Positions 1 through 14,870 of a stretch of DNA of 64,000 nucleotides are shown one piece after another (the first letter of the stretch is position 1; each line of letters begins with the position of its first letter). This DNA is from Eledone cirrhosa (Eukaryota), in assembly GCA_964016885.1 (NCBI GenBank), contig OZ024751.1:29264001-29328000 (forward strand), in the 5' to 3' direction. The notes under the pieces are model-generated. The model was not told the DNA's origin. It ran no database searches and was given only the letters and a program-made list of their open reading frames with translations. A program made the translations under genes and the position numbers.

Positions 1-186
1 CAAAGCTTAAGAAAGGTTCTTACATATAATTATGATCGAGGCTTTTTAGATAAAGACACACACTTTAAAACAAATACTTCAAAACAGTTTCATATCAGAG
101 AACCTGGAGCAATTTCAGGTGGTTTTGTATCAAAAGGTTTACAATCTGTTCCAGCAAATTTTCATTGTGAAGTTCTATGTCAATAA
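1..186 (+). CDS. Candidate 3' end of a coding exon (QSLRKVLTYNYDRGFL...GLQSVPANFHCEVLCQ*), gene unidentified
   Basis: 61 open codons of non-repetitive sequence from the window edge to TAA, followed by T-rich UTR-like sequence; no recognised homology. Confidence 0.35.
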   Translation, partial: QSLRKVLTYNYDRGFLDKDTHFKTNTSKQFHIREPGAISGGFVSKGLQSVPANFHCEVLCQ

Positions 187-709
187 TAAGGTTTTATTTC
201 TAGAAATTGTCAGCCCCATACTCTGTTTTTTTTAGTTTTTTTTCCTTTTTGTTCATCCAATATTTCCCAATGTCCTAAACTCTGGGAATTTCTTTCGTAA
301 CAGTGAAGAAGATTGACTTAATAATAATATGACCACAAAGAATAAAATCCTTTGTGAGAGACCAAAAGAAAAGAAATGAAATGTTGGGGTGAGGCTGTAG
401 GGCTGTTGACTAAACGAGAAACAAATACCTCAATATGTATTGTGATACATTTACATGAAGACTAACTACCACTAAAACTGGGGGTGTAAATATACTCTGA
501 CATTCTGAGTAAACAGTTTCCTTACATTCGGTTTTGATTCAATAATAAAGCCATCTTCACACACTCCACTGTTTGTCTCTTTACACACAACATGCAAGTC
601 TATTGGAATGAATTCACTAATACATCAGCTATATCTTTATTCTGATCTACACAAACACACATACACAGGCATGCATATATACACATATAATGCACACACA
701 CACACATGC

Positions 710-757
<48 letters not shown>

Positions 758-1333
758 CTGTCTGTGTGTGTGTGTGTGTGTATTTATATATATATGTGTG
801 TATATATATATATATGTGTATGTATATGTATCTGTATATATATATATATACATTTATATATAAAACTAAGACTGTCAGTTGCCTTAACTTGAACATAAAT
901 ACATCTAGAACATTTCAAAACTATCCAAGAACTCAGGCAAACATAAGCCATAAACTTAGATTCAACTCCACTCACCAGACTTATTCCAATACAAATAAAA
1001 CTCACACATGTCTTTCAAAATCATACCTCAGGCAGGTTAGTATCAAAATGAATTAAATTTACAGTCCTTTGTAGTGAAAAGAATCCTTGCCTATAGTCTA
1101 CAGACAATTGTTGCTCTGCAAATGTTGTATTGGAGGACTATGAGCTTTTGTGGAGAAAACTCCACAGTGTGGGCAGGGTGTGTTTTGTCATGGCACCACC
1201 TTACGGGGGTGGAGAAGATGCTTTCTGTTGTGGCACCTGCATGACTCCCTTACAGTTCACGACTGTTTACTATAAAGTGTTTATATTTATCTAAAAAGCT
1301 TCCATCAGAATTGTATGTAAGAACCTTTATTAA

Positions 1334-1554
1334 CCTTTTAACATTTACATTAGTCTATATTTACTATTGTATTGTCACAGTAAAGGGTTTATCTTATATA
1401 ATTATCTCACATAATTTCAAATCTATGAGATTTTGATGTTATTTATTTTGAGAACAATACCTTAACATCAGTATGAGCAGCCAGTTATGACCAGTTTGAA
1501 CAGAAGGAGGTGATAGAGTTCTGGCCGGATACAGCTGGATAAAATGCTAAAGGG
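1334..1554 (+). mobile_element. piggyBac-like MITE family 1 (about 220 bp)
   Basis: TTAA on both sides; TIR CC(C/T)TTTA(G/A)CATTT...AAATGCTAAAGGG; related copies at 15775-15872, 42663-42882, 43172-45225 (split), 54686-54908, 54925-55485. Confidence 0.75.
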
Positions 1555-2133
1555 TTAAGTTATCCTCCAAACAACTTGGCAATGAGAAAATTAGTTATAT
1601 TACTAAACAAACCCACATTTTGGAATATTTTCAAAATGATTTTAAAAAATCATAGAAAGTGTGATTCATTAGAAATATGGTATCAAAAAGGTAAATGAAC
1701 AAGGTAGTTATTAGTGAAAAGGTTGCTGGAAACTACCTCACTTGAACCACCAGCTTAACCCAAAAGCTGTGTACACTGACAACAGCTAGAAAATATATGG
1801 AATATTCCAGGTTTTCACCATATATAAATTATTTATTTAGGTTTGTGATTTGACTTTAATCCAGTTCTTTAAAAAACAATTTGTTTCACACAAATATTCA
1901 GTTTTATAAATTATAAATAAACAAATAAATATACAAATAAATGAATGAATGAATAAATAAAAATCCCTTCCCTGTTTAGACTCCTAGTAAATAGATGTTA
2001 AATAGATGACGAAAAAGAAATTAAAATATAGTTTTAAAAAATTGCTATAATTCCGTTGGTATCAAACGAAACAGTAATAACAAGAAAAATATTTTCCGCA
2101 TGAATCTAAATTTACTGCCATTTTATTTCTTGT

Positions 2134-2196
<63 letters not shown>

Positions 2197-3282
2197 CCCT
2201 CTCTTGCACCCCCTCTCTCTCTTTCTTGCAGCCCCTCTCTCTCTTCTCTCTCTCCCCGCCCCCTCTCTCTCTGAATATCCATCTGTTTATCTATATATTT
2301 TATTTCTTGTTCTCACATCCTCTCTCACTCTCACACACTCTTTACCTCTCTCTCTCACTCTCTCGCCCTCCTCTCTGATATTCCATCTATTTATCTATAT
2401 ATTTTATTTCTTGCTCTCCCTCTCACCCTCCCTTGCTCTCACACCCTCCCTCGCTCGCACACTCTCTTTCTCTCCTCCTTCTCTCTCTACATATCTCTCT
2501 GACTATCCATCTATTTATCTATCTGTATATATATTTCTACTTCTCTTTCTTCATACATAGTCTTGATGCTCTCTTATATTACCAAAAATATTTGCCTTGC
2601 TATAAGACTCATATTCTTTCCAGTTGACTGTTAATAAAGAAAAAGAAAAATTAAAAAAAATGAAATAAAAAATATAATAAAATAAAATAAAAAAAATATA
2701 ATAAAATTGAAATTAAATGAAATAAAAAAAAAAATTCTGGAGGAAAATATGATACAAATGAAGTATAAATAATTGATTTTTAGGTTGAAATTTACTTGAA
2801 AAAATTCATAGTTTATCAAATTCTTCAATTTATGCAAACTAAAAGAACAAAATGAGGAATATTTAAAGATAAAAAATAGATATGTATTTTATTTTAACTT
2901 TTTATTATTATCATTATTATTATTTGCTTTGCAGTTTCTTCTTTTACTACTGCTGTTGTTGTTGAATCAGTATATATGTATATGTGTATATGTATATATG
3001 TGTATATATATATATATATTTATATGTATATATATATGTGTATATATGTGTGTATATATATATGTATATATATGTGTATATATATGTGTGTTCTTACGTT
3101 CTTACGTTTAACGTCCGTGTTCCACGCTTGCATGTGTATATATATATATGTGTATATATATATGTGTGTATAAATATATATGTGTATATATATATATGTG
3201 TATATGTATGTGTGTATGTGTATATATATATATATATATGTGCATATATATGTGTGTGTGTGTATATGTATATATGTTTGTG

Positions 3283-3316
<34 letters not shown>

Positions 3317-4100
3317 TACTAAAATGCCAAGTTTGTAAGATTAAGAACTAAATCTAAAGACAATTCTGCTAATCATTCTTGTTCTGTTGTTTAAAATCCG
3401 ACTACTCAAGTCTTTTTAACTACATGAAATTTCAAAAGAAAGAGCTAATGGAGGCCCCACCAACAAACCACCCAATCAGCTCCAATCCCTCTACAAAAAA
3501 AAAAACAAACCATAAAACAGAACCTAAAAATGAAATCCAAAAACACACAAAAAAAAAGAAAAAATCCCAAAACACAGACCAAACTGAACTGAACCAAACC
3601 GAACCAATGTCATATGTTCTTTTAAGATTATATTTCAGTTTTAAATTACTAAAAGACACAAAAATCAACAACAAAATAATTAAAAAATGTATATATATAG
3701 TTGAATAAATAAATATATACATATATACATAAAAGTGTTTCTAGTGATGTTTATTAGAGCTGTTCAAGTTGGTATCTTATTACAGATGTCTCCAGTTGAA
3801 TCTTAGATGAGATAGAACTTGTATAATTGCAGTTACTGTGTGGAAACATTTATTTTAATACTCCCAAGCTTCTATTTTAGTGTGTCTGTGTTCTATAATT
3901 AATCCACCCACTCTGAATCAAAATAGTGAGAAATAGTGAAAAAGTTTCTTTTTTTTTTTTTTCTTGTCAGCAAAGTAATATAGAAGCTGTTACTATATTA
4001 TATAAAAGAAGGATCATGTATATATATATATATATATAATATGTGTGTGTGTATATGTGCATGTATATGAATATATCTATATATAAATTTGATATATATA

Positions 4101-4820
4101 TCATCATCATCATCATCATCATCACCATTTTACGTCCGTTCTTCCATGCTAGCATGCATTAGATGGGTTGTCCTGTTGTGGGCAGTGTCTGGTCGGCTGA
4201 CCATGCCTTGCTCATACGGGAACTGATTCTGGCTTGATTTCTACAGCTGGATGCCCTTCCTAACACCAACCTCATTTACAGTGAGTGCTGGGTGCTCTTT
4301 TGCAGTGGCGCCTACAAGACCACTTTGCAGTGGGAGGATGTGGGGGCATATTGTCTATATGCTTCAGCTTGTACCCATGGGAGGTCGGGTCTTCTGTGTT
4401 ACTGCTTGACGCCTGAGGTACGGTCATGTGTCATTGCTCTTGAGAGGTGTAATTGGGTAAGGTCGGCTTTTATCATTTCATCCCAGGTCTTCTTGGGTCT
4501 CCTCACTCCGCGGTTTCCATTGACTTCTAGTGCTCTGCACCTTTTTATGCAGCTGTCATCCTTCATACGCATCACATGTCCATACCAACGCAACCGCCTC
4601 TCCTGCACACAGCATTTGATTCCTCTTATGCTCAGTCTCTCTCTCAATTAATTTATGGTTTGCTGTTCGCGTATATTACTATTACACATCCATCGGAGCA
4701 TGCAGGCTTCGTTTCTTTCTAATCTACGTAAGTCTTCCACCTTCAGCGCCCAGGTCTCACTACCATGTAACATTGCTGTTCATATACACGCATCATACAG
4801 TCTGCCTTTCATTTTGAGAA
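4101..4820 (-). mobile_element. 5'-truncated RTE LINE fragment (ORF2 C-terminus, 3'UTR, (TGA)n tail)
   Basis: Encodes RRLRWYGHVMRM...RPKKTWDEMI, homologous to the 43.6 kb ORF; 3' end CATGCTAGCATGGAAGAACGGACGTAAAATGGTGATGA. Confidence 0.9.
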
Positions 4821-5177
4821 ATTTGATCTATATATATATATATATATATAAAATTCGTCTCCCTCTCTCTCTCTCTATATATATATATATAAATTTGAAT
4901 GACTTCCGTCAGTCCGTAAATCGCACAATGTGTGTATTTCTGTGAATGTGTGTGTAAAAGGAAGGAAGGGGATGGTGAAAAAAACTATAGCAAAACACGG
5001 GCTGGCGTTCCATTTGCTATGCTGTGTGTTTGTGTAAATATATGTATGTGTGTGTGTTTGTGTGAATGTATGTATGTGTGTGTGTGTTTTTGTAAGTGTG
5101 TCTGTGTTTGCGTGTTTATATTTATATACTCAGACATATAAATGTATGCATATCCACATACCCACACACACACACAT

Positions 5178-5208
<31 letters not shown>

Positions 5209-5395
5209 TATACACATATATATCAATATATTGAGAAAAATCCTAGTATATATCATCATCATCATCACAGTTTACGTCATCATATTCATCATGATAACAG
5301 TTTTACGTGGGCTGACCTTGTCTTGCTCATACGAGATCTCATTCTGGCCGATTTCTACAGCTGGATGCCCTTCATAACACCAACCTCATTTACAC

Positions 5396-5428
<33 letters not shown>

Positions 5429-5456
5429 TATTTATTTATAAAATTGGTATATGTTG

Positions 5457-5521
5457 TATTTTGTCTGATGAAAGCATACCATAGTTTGACATGGTATTCT
5501 TGAAGTGTGTATAATGGAATA
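5457..5521 (+). ncRNA. Type I hammerhead ribozyme motif, family A (GAAA changed to GAAG, probably inactive)
   Basis: tattttgt-CTGATGA-aagcataccat..atggtattctt-GAAG-tgtgta-TA-atggaata; same downstream tail as the 6945 and 40211 copies. Confidence 0.65.
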
Positions 5522-5581
5522 GATATGGTTTTATAGATATAGTTTCCATTTGTTAATATCGTATACATATATATATATTTT

Positions 5582-5612
<31 letters not shown>

Positions 5613-6067
5613 TTATATATATATATTTATACATATATATATATTTATATATATATATATATTTATACATATATATATTTTTATATATATATTTATATAT
5701 ATATATTTATACATATATATATATTTATATATATATATATATTTATACATATATATATTTTTATATATATATTTATATATATATTTATACATATATATAT
5801 ATTTATATATATATATATATATATATTTATACATATACATATATTTATATATATATATATATTTATACATATATATATATTTTTATATATATATATATAT
5901 ATTTATACATATATATATATTTTTTATATATATATATATTTATACATATATATATTTATACACATCATATACATATATATATATATTTATATATATATAT
6001 TTATACATATATATTTATACATATATATATATTGATATATATATTTATATATATATATTTTTATATT

Positions 6068-6130
<63 letters not shown>

Positions 6131-6141
6131 TTATATATATA

Positions 6142-6175
<34 letters not shown>

Positions 6176-6515
6176 TTTATAATATATATATATATATATA
6201 TAATTTATATACAGAAATATATCACTGTTGTCACCATCATCATCATCACCATATTGATTCAGATTCCATCCTGCCTTTTCTCATTACTGTATGATCTAGA
6301 CACATATTAGATTGTACTTTTCTGCCATCTAACTTTGCCCTTCAGTTTTTCTCTTCTTGTTTTCTATTATTCTGCAGAGCTCAGTCTAGTATTTCTAAGA
6401 TCCGATCCTATTGCACTAAACTTGATATTCCTATCTTTACCTTTCCATATGCTCCCAGTTTGTAACAGTTTTTTTTTTCATCTAGTGCACATTAATCTTT
6501 TTTTTTCCTATTTTG

Positions 6516-6565
<50 letters not shown>

Positions 6566-6944
6566 AATGTAATCTGAGTTTTTCGAATATTAATAATAAC
6601 ATTCGATTCGTTTGTAATTTTGCAAACAAGCCTCAATTTTATAGCCATGTCAGTAGAATGAACACTTCATTCTTGCTCTTGTGTTGGCACGTGAACAGAA
6701 CTGCAGACACTAATGTTTCTGGGTATCACCTTTCATCAGTACCGCTCACTGCCAAATTGAGACTTGTTTGCAAAATTGCAAACAAATCGAATGTTATTAT
6801 TAATATTCAAAAAACTCTGATTACATTTATTGTATTCAGCCATGTAGAGCAACATTTTCTTTTATATATATATTTATATGTAGGAAACTTGAACCATTAA
6901 GGTATATCATCCTTGGTCATGTCAAGTATTTATAAAACATTTTG

Positions 6945-7006
6945 TATTTTATCTGATGATAGTGTACCAAAATTTTTGGTACCCTTGAAATATATATAAT
7001 AGAATA
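6945..7006 (+). ncRNA. Type I hammerhead ribozyme motif, family A
   Basis: Stem I tattttat/atagaata; CTGATGA 6953-6959; stem II gtaccaaa/tttggtac; GAAA 6987-6990; palindromic tatata; TA cleavage site. Confidence 0.8.
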
Positions 7007-7055
7007 AATATGGTTTTATAAATATAGTTTCCATTTATTTAATATCAATTATATG

Positions 7056-7150
<95 letters not shown>

Positions 7151-7185
7151 ACATATATGTGTGTGTGTGTGTGTGTGTATATATA

Positions 7186-7218
<33 letters not shown>

Positions 7219-7343
7219 GTACATACAAAAATGTACATATATATATATATGTATATGTACATACATAAATGTACACATATATATATGTATATGTACATAC
7301 ATAAATGTACACATATATATATATATATATATACATACATAAA

Positions 7344-7395
<52 letters not shown>

Positions 7396-9089
7396 TATGC
7401 AAATAAACCTGTCAATTGTTCTCACCCATGCCCATAAACGAAAATACTGTTAAACCAACTATTGACCTGTATTGTTCCTAAATCCTGTAATGCATCCGCA
7501 GACCCATGCTAGTCACATATGTATATATGTGTGTGTCTGCGTAACATTGGTTAATTTATGAGCCATTGGGAAAATATATTTGCTTTTTGAGGAAGCTGCT
7601 ACACTACACAGATAACTATAAATAGTAGTTAAGTAAGTCATGTAAATTACCCTTGGAAAGGGGAAAATGTGAACAGAAAAAAAGTAAGTCCATGAACGAG
7701 AAGCTAATACTTAAGTTTGTCACAAATCTAATTTTAATTTAGCAAATTTTCATTCTAAACAGATATGGAAGTAGAAGTGATTTGAAATTGCCATTCTTTA
7801 AGTAATTGAAGGATATGAAAAGACGAAGACATTTTTACAGTTTGGTTTCATTTATTAGAAGAAAAAGCTCAAAGTTTAAAGTGTGGGTTATATGGCTTCT
7901 TCCAGTAAAATGGTTTAAATTATTTCGAGTAAAACTCAATGAAAAAAAATCCTGCTGGTGTATTGGTTAAATGATAGCGGAAAGCTTGGATATTATTTCT
8001 CTTTTGTGGAGAAAGCTAGGCGTCACACTTGAGTTGAACCAATTTTGATGATATATGGGGGGTTATGTTACTAATCTCATGTTATTGACTTATTTGAAAA
8101 TGTGAACTTATTCTGTAAAGCGACAGGAAGAAGATTGTAGGTCTTTAATTGAAAGGATTTCGTAGGCGGGGAAAAAATAAAGTAGAATATAATAAAATAA
8201 AATAAAATAAAATAAACTGAGAGAGATTTTGATTGCTCTTTGCAAAGGTGTAATAACACGAGAGGTCTTCATGTTGAACTGAAAAGAAGGCATTGAAGGA
8301 AGATATTCTTTGTTAGGCAATAAATAATTGTCGGAAATAATCTGACAATGTTTGTGTCATGCTGACATGATGGTGGAGTTGGTATTTAATAAATTCAACT
8401 GATATTGATTCTAAGCAGCATCTAGCAATGTCTTCAGGAGGAAATCTACTTGTATGTTTGGATAATTCCAAGATTTATATTAATAAAGAGTTCTATTTTA
8501 AAAGGAAGCTTTAACTTCAACTTAAACAAATTCAATTAGGTATCATTACGCTATAATTTTAATTCCAAATTCAATTATGAAGATATCTTCTGCCACAGAA
8601 GTGATGTGGATAGAGAAATAGAGAGCAGCAGTCACTATTGTCTTTGCTTTGCTTAGGACTGTTGGAATTTGGTAAATTGTGGTCAGCAATTCAGAACCAT
8701 CATGGTGGAAATCTCTGTGGAACTTGGTAGATCAACAGCTACCCAAATCATAAGGGAATAGGATATCTATATATTAAAACAATATCATTCCATAATGATG
8801 GTATATATGAACATCATCATCATCTTCTTTGTCATTACCATTTAATGTCTATTTTCCATGCTTCCATGGGTTAGACATGGTGTCCCATTATGAAGCTAAA
8901 CAAGTCAGGTGACCACGTCTTGCTCATACTATCTGTTTGGGGTTTCCTTTTCTATGGTTGGATATCCTTCCTCATTCCAAATACTTTAGAGCATGAACTG
9001 GGAGCCCTTTTTCATGCCACCAACACAACAATATTACTGTATACTGTGTATAATAATAATAATAATAATGAAATTATTGTGTACAGTGC

Positions 9090-10070
9090 TGAGGTAGTAG
9101 TAGTGGTGTTGGAAGTAGTGATGGTGGTGGTGGAGATGGTACTGGTGGTGGTGATGATATTGGTGTTGGGAGGGATGTTGGTGGTGGAGATGGTACTGGT
9201 GGTGGTGGTGGTGATATTGGTGTTGGGAGGGATGTTGGTGGTGGAGATGGTACTGGTGGTGGTGGTGATGATATTGGTGTTGGGAGGGATGTTGGTGGTG
9301 GTGCTGGTACTGGTGGTGGTGGTGGTGGTGATATTGGTGTTGCTATTGAGATTGGTAGTGGTGCTGGTCGTGATGATGGTGTTGATGGTAGTCACAGTGG
9401 TAGTGTTGGTGATGGTGGGAGTGATGATATTGGTGTTGGTAGTGATGTTGGTGGTAGTGGTGGAGGTGGTGATAGTGTTGATGGTAGTGGTAGAGGTGGT
9501 GATAGTGTTGATGTAGTAGTGGTGGAGGTGGTGATGGTAGTGGTGGTGAGGTTGGAGGTAGTGGTGGAGGTGGTGATAGTGTTGATGGTAGTGGTGATGA
9601 TGTAGTGGTGGTGAGGTTGGAGGTAGTGGTGGAGGTGGTGGTGATGATGTTGAGGTAGTAGTAGTGGTGGTGATGGTGGTGGTAGTTGTGGAGGTGGTGA
9701 TGATGTTGATGGTAGTGGTAGTGGTGGTGATGGTGTTGAGGTAGTAGAAGTGGTGTTGGTGGTGGTGCTGATGGTAGTGGTGTCAGTGGTAGTGGTGGTG
9801 ATGGTGTTGAGGTAGTAGAAGTGGTGTTGGTGGTGGTGCTGATGGTAGTGGTGTCAGTGGTAGTGGTGGTGATGGTGTTGAGGTAGTAGAAGTGGTGGTG
9901 GTGCTGATGGTAGTGGTGTCAGTGGAAGTGGTGGTGATGGTGTTGAGGTAGTAGAAGTGGTGTTGGTGGTGGTGCTGATGGTAGTGGTGTCAGTGGTAGT
10001 GGTGGTGATGGTGTTGAGGTAGTAGAAGTGGTGGTGGTGCTGATGGTAGTGGTGTCAGTGGTAGTGTTGT
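9090..10070. repeat. Degenerate (GGT)n repeat with about 51-57 bp higher-order units
   Basis: Repeated gtggagatggtactggtggt...gatattggtgttgggagggatgttg and gtgtcagtggtagtggtggtgatggtgttgaggtagtagaa units. Confidence 0.9.
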
Positions 10071-10436
10071 TGGAACATTCTGCTTTCTTAATGCTATTCT
10101 AATCTGCTATCACAGAGTGATATGTATTAGAATCTCTTACCTTTGTGTCAAAGCTTACAGAGTTTCTGCTGCCTCTTTGACATTACACCACACACTCACA
10201 CACACACACATATATATGTATATATATATAGATTACATTCACATACAGATGTGCCCGCGCAACCACATAGAGACATACATATATACGTATATACATATAC
10301 ACACACACGCACACAAATATATATATACATGTATATATATACACATACATATATGTATATATATATAGAGAGAGAGATATATATATATATAGATGCACAC
10401 GTATATATATGTGTGTGTATATATATATATATATAT

Positions 10437-10467
<31 letters not shown>

Positions 10468-10911
10468 AATATATATATACATATATATACACGTATATGT
10501 AAATTACATATATTTCTAAATATATGTGGAGTGTGAGAGAATGGGAGCAAAAGACATAAGAAATATAGATGGGCAGGAGAGTGAGAGATCTGTGTGTGTA
10601 TATATGTTTGTATGTGTATGCCTGCATGCATGTGTATGGCAGAGTTGGTGTAAGCTGTATGTCATATGTAACCCATCTCCTGTTGTGTGTGTTGGTGACA
10701 AGTTGAAGCTGCTCTGCATAATATAAGATCAAGCTCTACTGGATCTTAGTGCTGAGAACATGATCTTCGAAATCTCTTGTCAGCTGTCATGATATTTGAG
10801 CCGGGCAAATGCAGCCGCACAAGAATTTTTAGCTGGGTGGGGCTGGGCTCTGTGTGCTATATATCTATATCTATATCCATATATATATATATATTTATAT
10901 ATATATATATA

Positions 10912-10968
<57 letters not shown>

Positions 10969-11135
10969 TTGTATGTATGTTTATATAGATATATATGAGT
11001 ATGTGTATACATGTATGTACATATGCATGTGCATATATGTGCAGATGTGTGAATGTATGTATATATGTGTATGTATGTATGTATATTTGTATTCATGTAA
11101 GTGTTATCCTCATCATTTAATGTCTGCTTCCACTG

Positions 11136-11176
<41 letters not shown>

Positions 11177-11343
11177 CATATATATATATATCTATGTATG
11201 TATATACATACATACATATATATATGTATGTATGTATGTAAAAATTTAGATTTAGAAAGCAAGAAAAATACTTCTCTATATATACATGCTGCTTATATAG
11301 CAGTATCAATATCTATACATATATGTGAGTGTATGTGTTTATG

Positions 11344-11464
<121 letters not shown>

Positions 11465-11473
11465 GTGTGTGTG

Positions 11474-11505
<32 letters not shown>

Positions 11506-11728
11506 CGTGTGTATGTATATATATATATATATACACTGTACTATTTCATCTTGAAGCCTGTGGACATTCTGCATCTCCCTCATATATATATACACACACA
11601 TACACACATACGTGTCTGTGTGTCTGTGTGTGTGAATGTGTGTTTGTGTTTGTAGTCTAACCCATGCAAGCATGGAAAATAGATGTTAAATGGTGATGAT
11701 GATAATACAGATATCTTTCACGTATTTA

Positions 11729-11775
<47 letters not shown>

Positions 11776-11814
11776 ATGTGTGTGTGTGTGTATATATATA
11801 TATATACATATATA

Positions 11815-11855
<41 letters not shown>

Positions 11856-12025
11856 ACACACATGTTTCATATATACATTTTACATAACATGAACAAGTGA
11901 TATACATACATTAATACACTTACGTTGTTTCATGACATAGATTGTTATATACATATTCATATATATATTCATATAAATATATGTATATATTATATTATAT
12001 TATATTATATTATATTATATTATAT

Positions 12026-12065
<40 letters not shown>

Positions 12066-12123
12066 CCTATTGTAAGCTCAAAAATTGCTAGTGCAAGAAT
12101 CAATAAGATTACCATATTTTCCT

Positions 12124-12155
<32 letters not shown>

Positions 12156-12666
12156 CATTTTAGTCTTCAGCCTGTATTTTCTGTGTTTTTTTTTCAAGCT
12201 GTTTAATGCTATTATTTTAATGTCACTGACTTCAGTATGAGACTAGAACACATTAACTAGCCTTCCCTTTGTCTCCCTCACCCGGTCACTTATATACTTA
12301 AACATTATTCTTCAAAAATCACTGTGCCTCGCCATTTTTTTTTGTTTCAAAAAGAAACTCTGTTCATCTGCATTGTGTCCCCATTCTATAAACGTTTGAC
12401 TGATGTACACATGTATATAAATGACCTCCTTCATCATCCTCATTCTCCCCATCATCATCGTTTAATGTCCATTTTCCATGCTAGCATGGGTTAGACGAGT
12501 TGTCCTTACTTTGTGAGACAAGTCACATAAGGTGACCATGTCTTGCTCATGTGTAATTTAATCCGATCTGAATATAAACCCTTCCCTCTGTTTTATGTCT
12601 GAGAAATGGTCAAAAGTCAAAACCCCATTTATAAGCTGAGGCAGCTAATCAACACATTATTTAGAG

Positions 12667-12843
12667 CAGGTATGTCAAACATGTGGCCCTTTACAATCAT
12701 ACCTGTGGCCCACACAAAGGTTTTTACAGCGTGAGCGGAATATAAAATAATAAATATTAGTTGTAATGAACACAATTAGTTGTCATGTGGCCCTCAGACA
12801 ACACACATGTGGCCCGTAGGGTACCCTCAGTTTGACATACCTG
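12667..12843. mobile_element. hAT (Charlie/Buster-type) MITE, 177 bp
   Basis: Perfect 14-bp TIR CAGGTATGTCAAAC/GTTTGACATACCTG; perfect 8-bp TSD ATTTAGAG with central TA; four internal TGTGGCCC motifs. Confidence 0.92.
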
Positions 12844-13256
12844 ATTTAGAGAGTATGCTTAAGCCAACCCCTCCTCCCATTTTATCATTGAATTTTTGTT
12901 TTGGTCACATATTATTCGTGTTATACTTGACTATATATGGTCATTTGAATTACAGCCATGAAAGCATTAAAGTCTATTCTTTGATGTCACTGCCCATTTT
13001 TATTTTCTTTGGAAAATATAACTTACACTCTATTTCCATGTATTGAGTGCTCATTCATTCATCTTTAATCTTCCTCAAACAGGACAACCTCTTTAGTGTT
13101 GGTGCCATGATAAAACACAGCCAGGCATCATTGTAAGACATATACAATACCAGCAAAGTTGACCTCTTTTCTCCTCTGATACAGAATGATACAGAATTTG
13201 ATTACCTATACAACCCTTCCCAGTTGGGGAAAAAGTGAATGTAAAATGATGATGGT

Positions 13257-13296
<40 letters not shown>

Positions 13297-13366
13297 ACAC
13301 ACACACTCTCTCTCTCTCCCTTTATCTTATATGTGTGTATATATAAATATATATATATATAAATAA

Positions 13367-13454
<88 letters not shown>

Positions 13455-13459
<5 letters not shown>

Positions 13460-13918
13460 TAAAAACAATGAATAAAAACAAAGAACAAGTTCCTTATATT
13501 AAAAAATTAATCATTTTACGATCGTTTCTAGGATATATATGTGTGTTGGTATGTATATCATATAGATCTATGTAAAATATTACAAACTATCAGAGGAAAT
13601 ATACATACCTACACATATACATGCTGTCTTCATTTCTGAAGACAGCATGTATATGGGAATATTTTACATAGATCTATATGATATACATACCAACACACAT
13701 ATATATCCTAGAAACGATCGTAAAATGATTAATTTTTTAATATAAGGAACTTGTTCTTTGTTTTTATTCATTGTTTTTATTAATATATCTTGACTCTGTT
13801 TTTCTGTGATTTTCATCGAAAATTTTTGAATGCATCTTCTCTTTTCATGCTATTTGGATTATATTGAGTTCTTCATACGAATTGGACACTACCGTATATT
13901 TTGGTAGATTTATCCACA
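13455..13918 (+). mobile_element. Penelope-like pLTR fragment with inverted 5' duplication, between (TA)n runs
   Basis: Perfect inverted arms of about 125 bp (about 13455-13581 / 13658-13784), inner hairpin 13614-13655, HHR, then a unique tail of about 130 bp. Confidence 0.7.
13630..13728 (+). ncRNA. Type I hammerhead ribozyme motif
   Basis: tcattt-CTGAAGA-(long stem II atgtatatg/catatatat)-GAAA-cgatcg-TA-aaatga; GUA triplet; palindromic stem III. Confidence 0.8.
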
Positions 13919-13983
13919 TATATATATATATATATTATTATTAGTGTTCACATATGTGAATATTTAAGAATATTGTGTGCATT

Positions 13984-14018
<35 letters not shown>

Positions 14019-14500
14019 TCACATATGCACATACATATATTTCTATATGTATGTGAGTATCTACAATGTTGTGTATATACATCTGTATGCGCACATATAT
14101 GCATGCATGTGTGTGTATGTGTGTGTTTTTTTATATATATGTGTAGATCTTTGTATGTATGTGAATGTTTAAATGTTTGAATAGTTGAGAATACAAGCAA
14201 TTCCAGCTATTATTGCTTCAGTGAAAATACTAAAAACTCCAACATAGTGTTTGGACTTCATTCAGAATCCATAGTGAGATATATGCTTCTTTTTGCAACT
14301 GCTAGCTCTGTTTACATAATCCTGCAGCAGAATTGAATAAATCCTTTGCTTTCAGAATGGACACTACTACATATATTCTTCATTTGAGCAGGAATGGTAT
14401 AATTGATGATTGTTAGGATTATCAGTATTTGAAGAAAGTATAAATATCAAGTGTACATACATCACAGTAGGAAATTTCTATAGACTTCTTCCATTGGGTC

Positions 14501-14531
<31 letters not shown>

Positions 14532-14870
14532 TGGCTGTAGTTGTAGTGTGCCACTGCCTATATATAGAATGGCGCTCATATATAAAATAGAAGAGGAAAA
14601 CTCTCTATTGTGTTCTTCCTTACTTGAAACACAACCTTCCTAATCACATGACCTCATTAGCTTTATTCCATTCCACTATAGCAGATGACCAAATACTTAT
14701 TTTATTTTATCTTCCATTTTTTTCTTTTGCTGTTTTGATTTACTTTTCTTTATTATTTTCTTGTGTTCTTGTTATATTTCTTAATCTCTGAGATTTATTC
14801 CGACCAAAACTGTAATTGCTAATGAACTAGTTCTCATTTTCTCTGGAACTAATTCCAATCGAAACTTAAT

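Noticed and set aside
7560-8810. 1.2-kb non-repetitive block as an exon or PLE remnant
   Set aside because: No sustained ORF or recognisable motif; left unexplained
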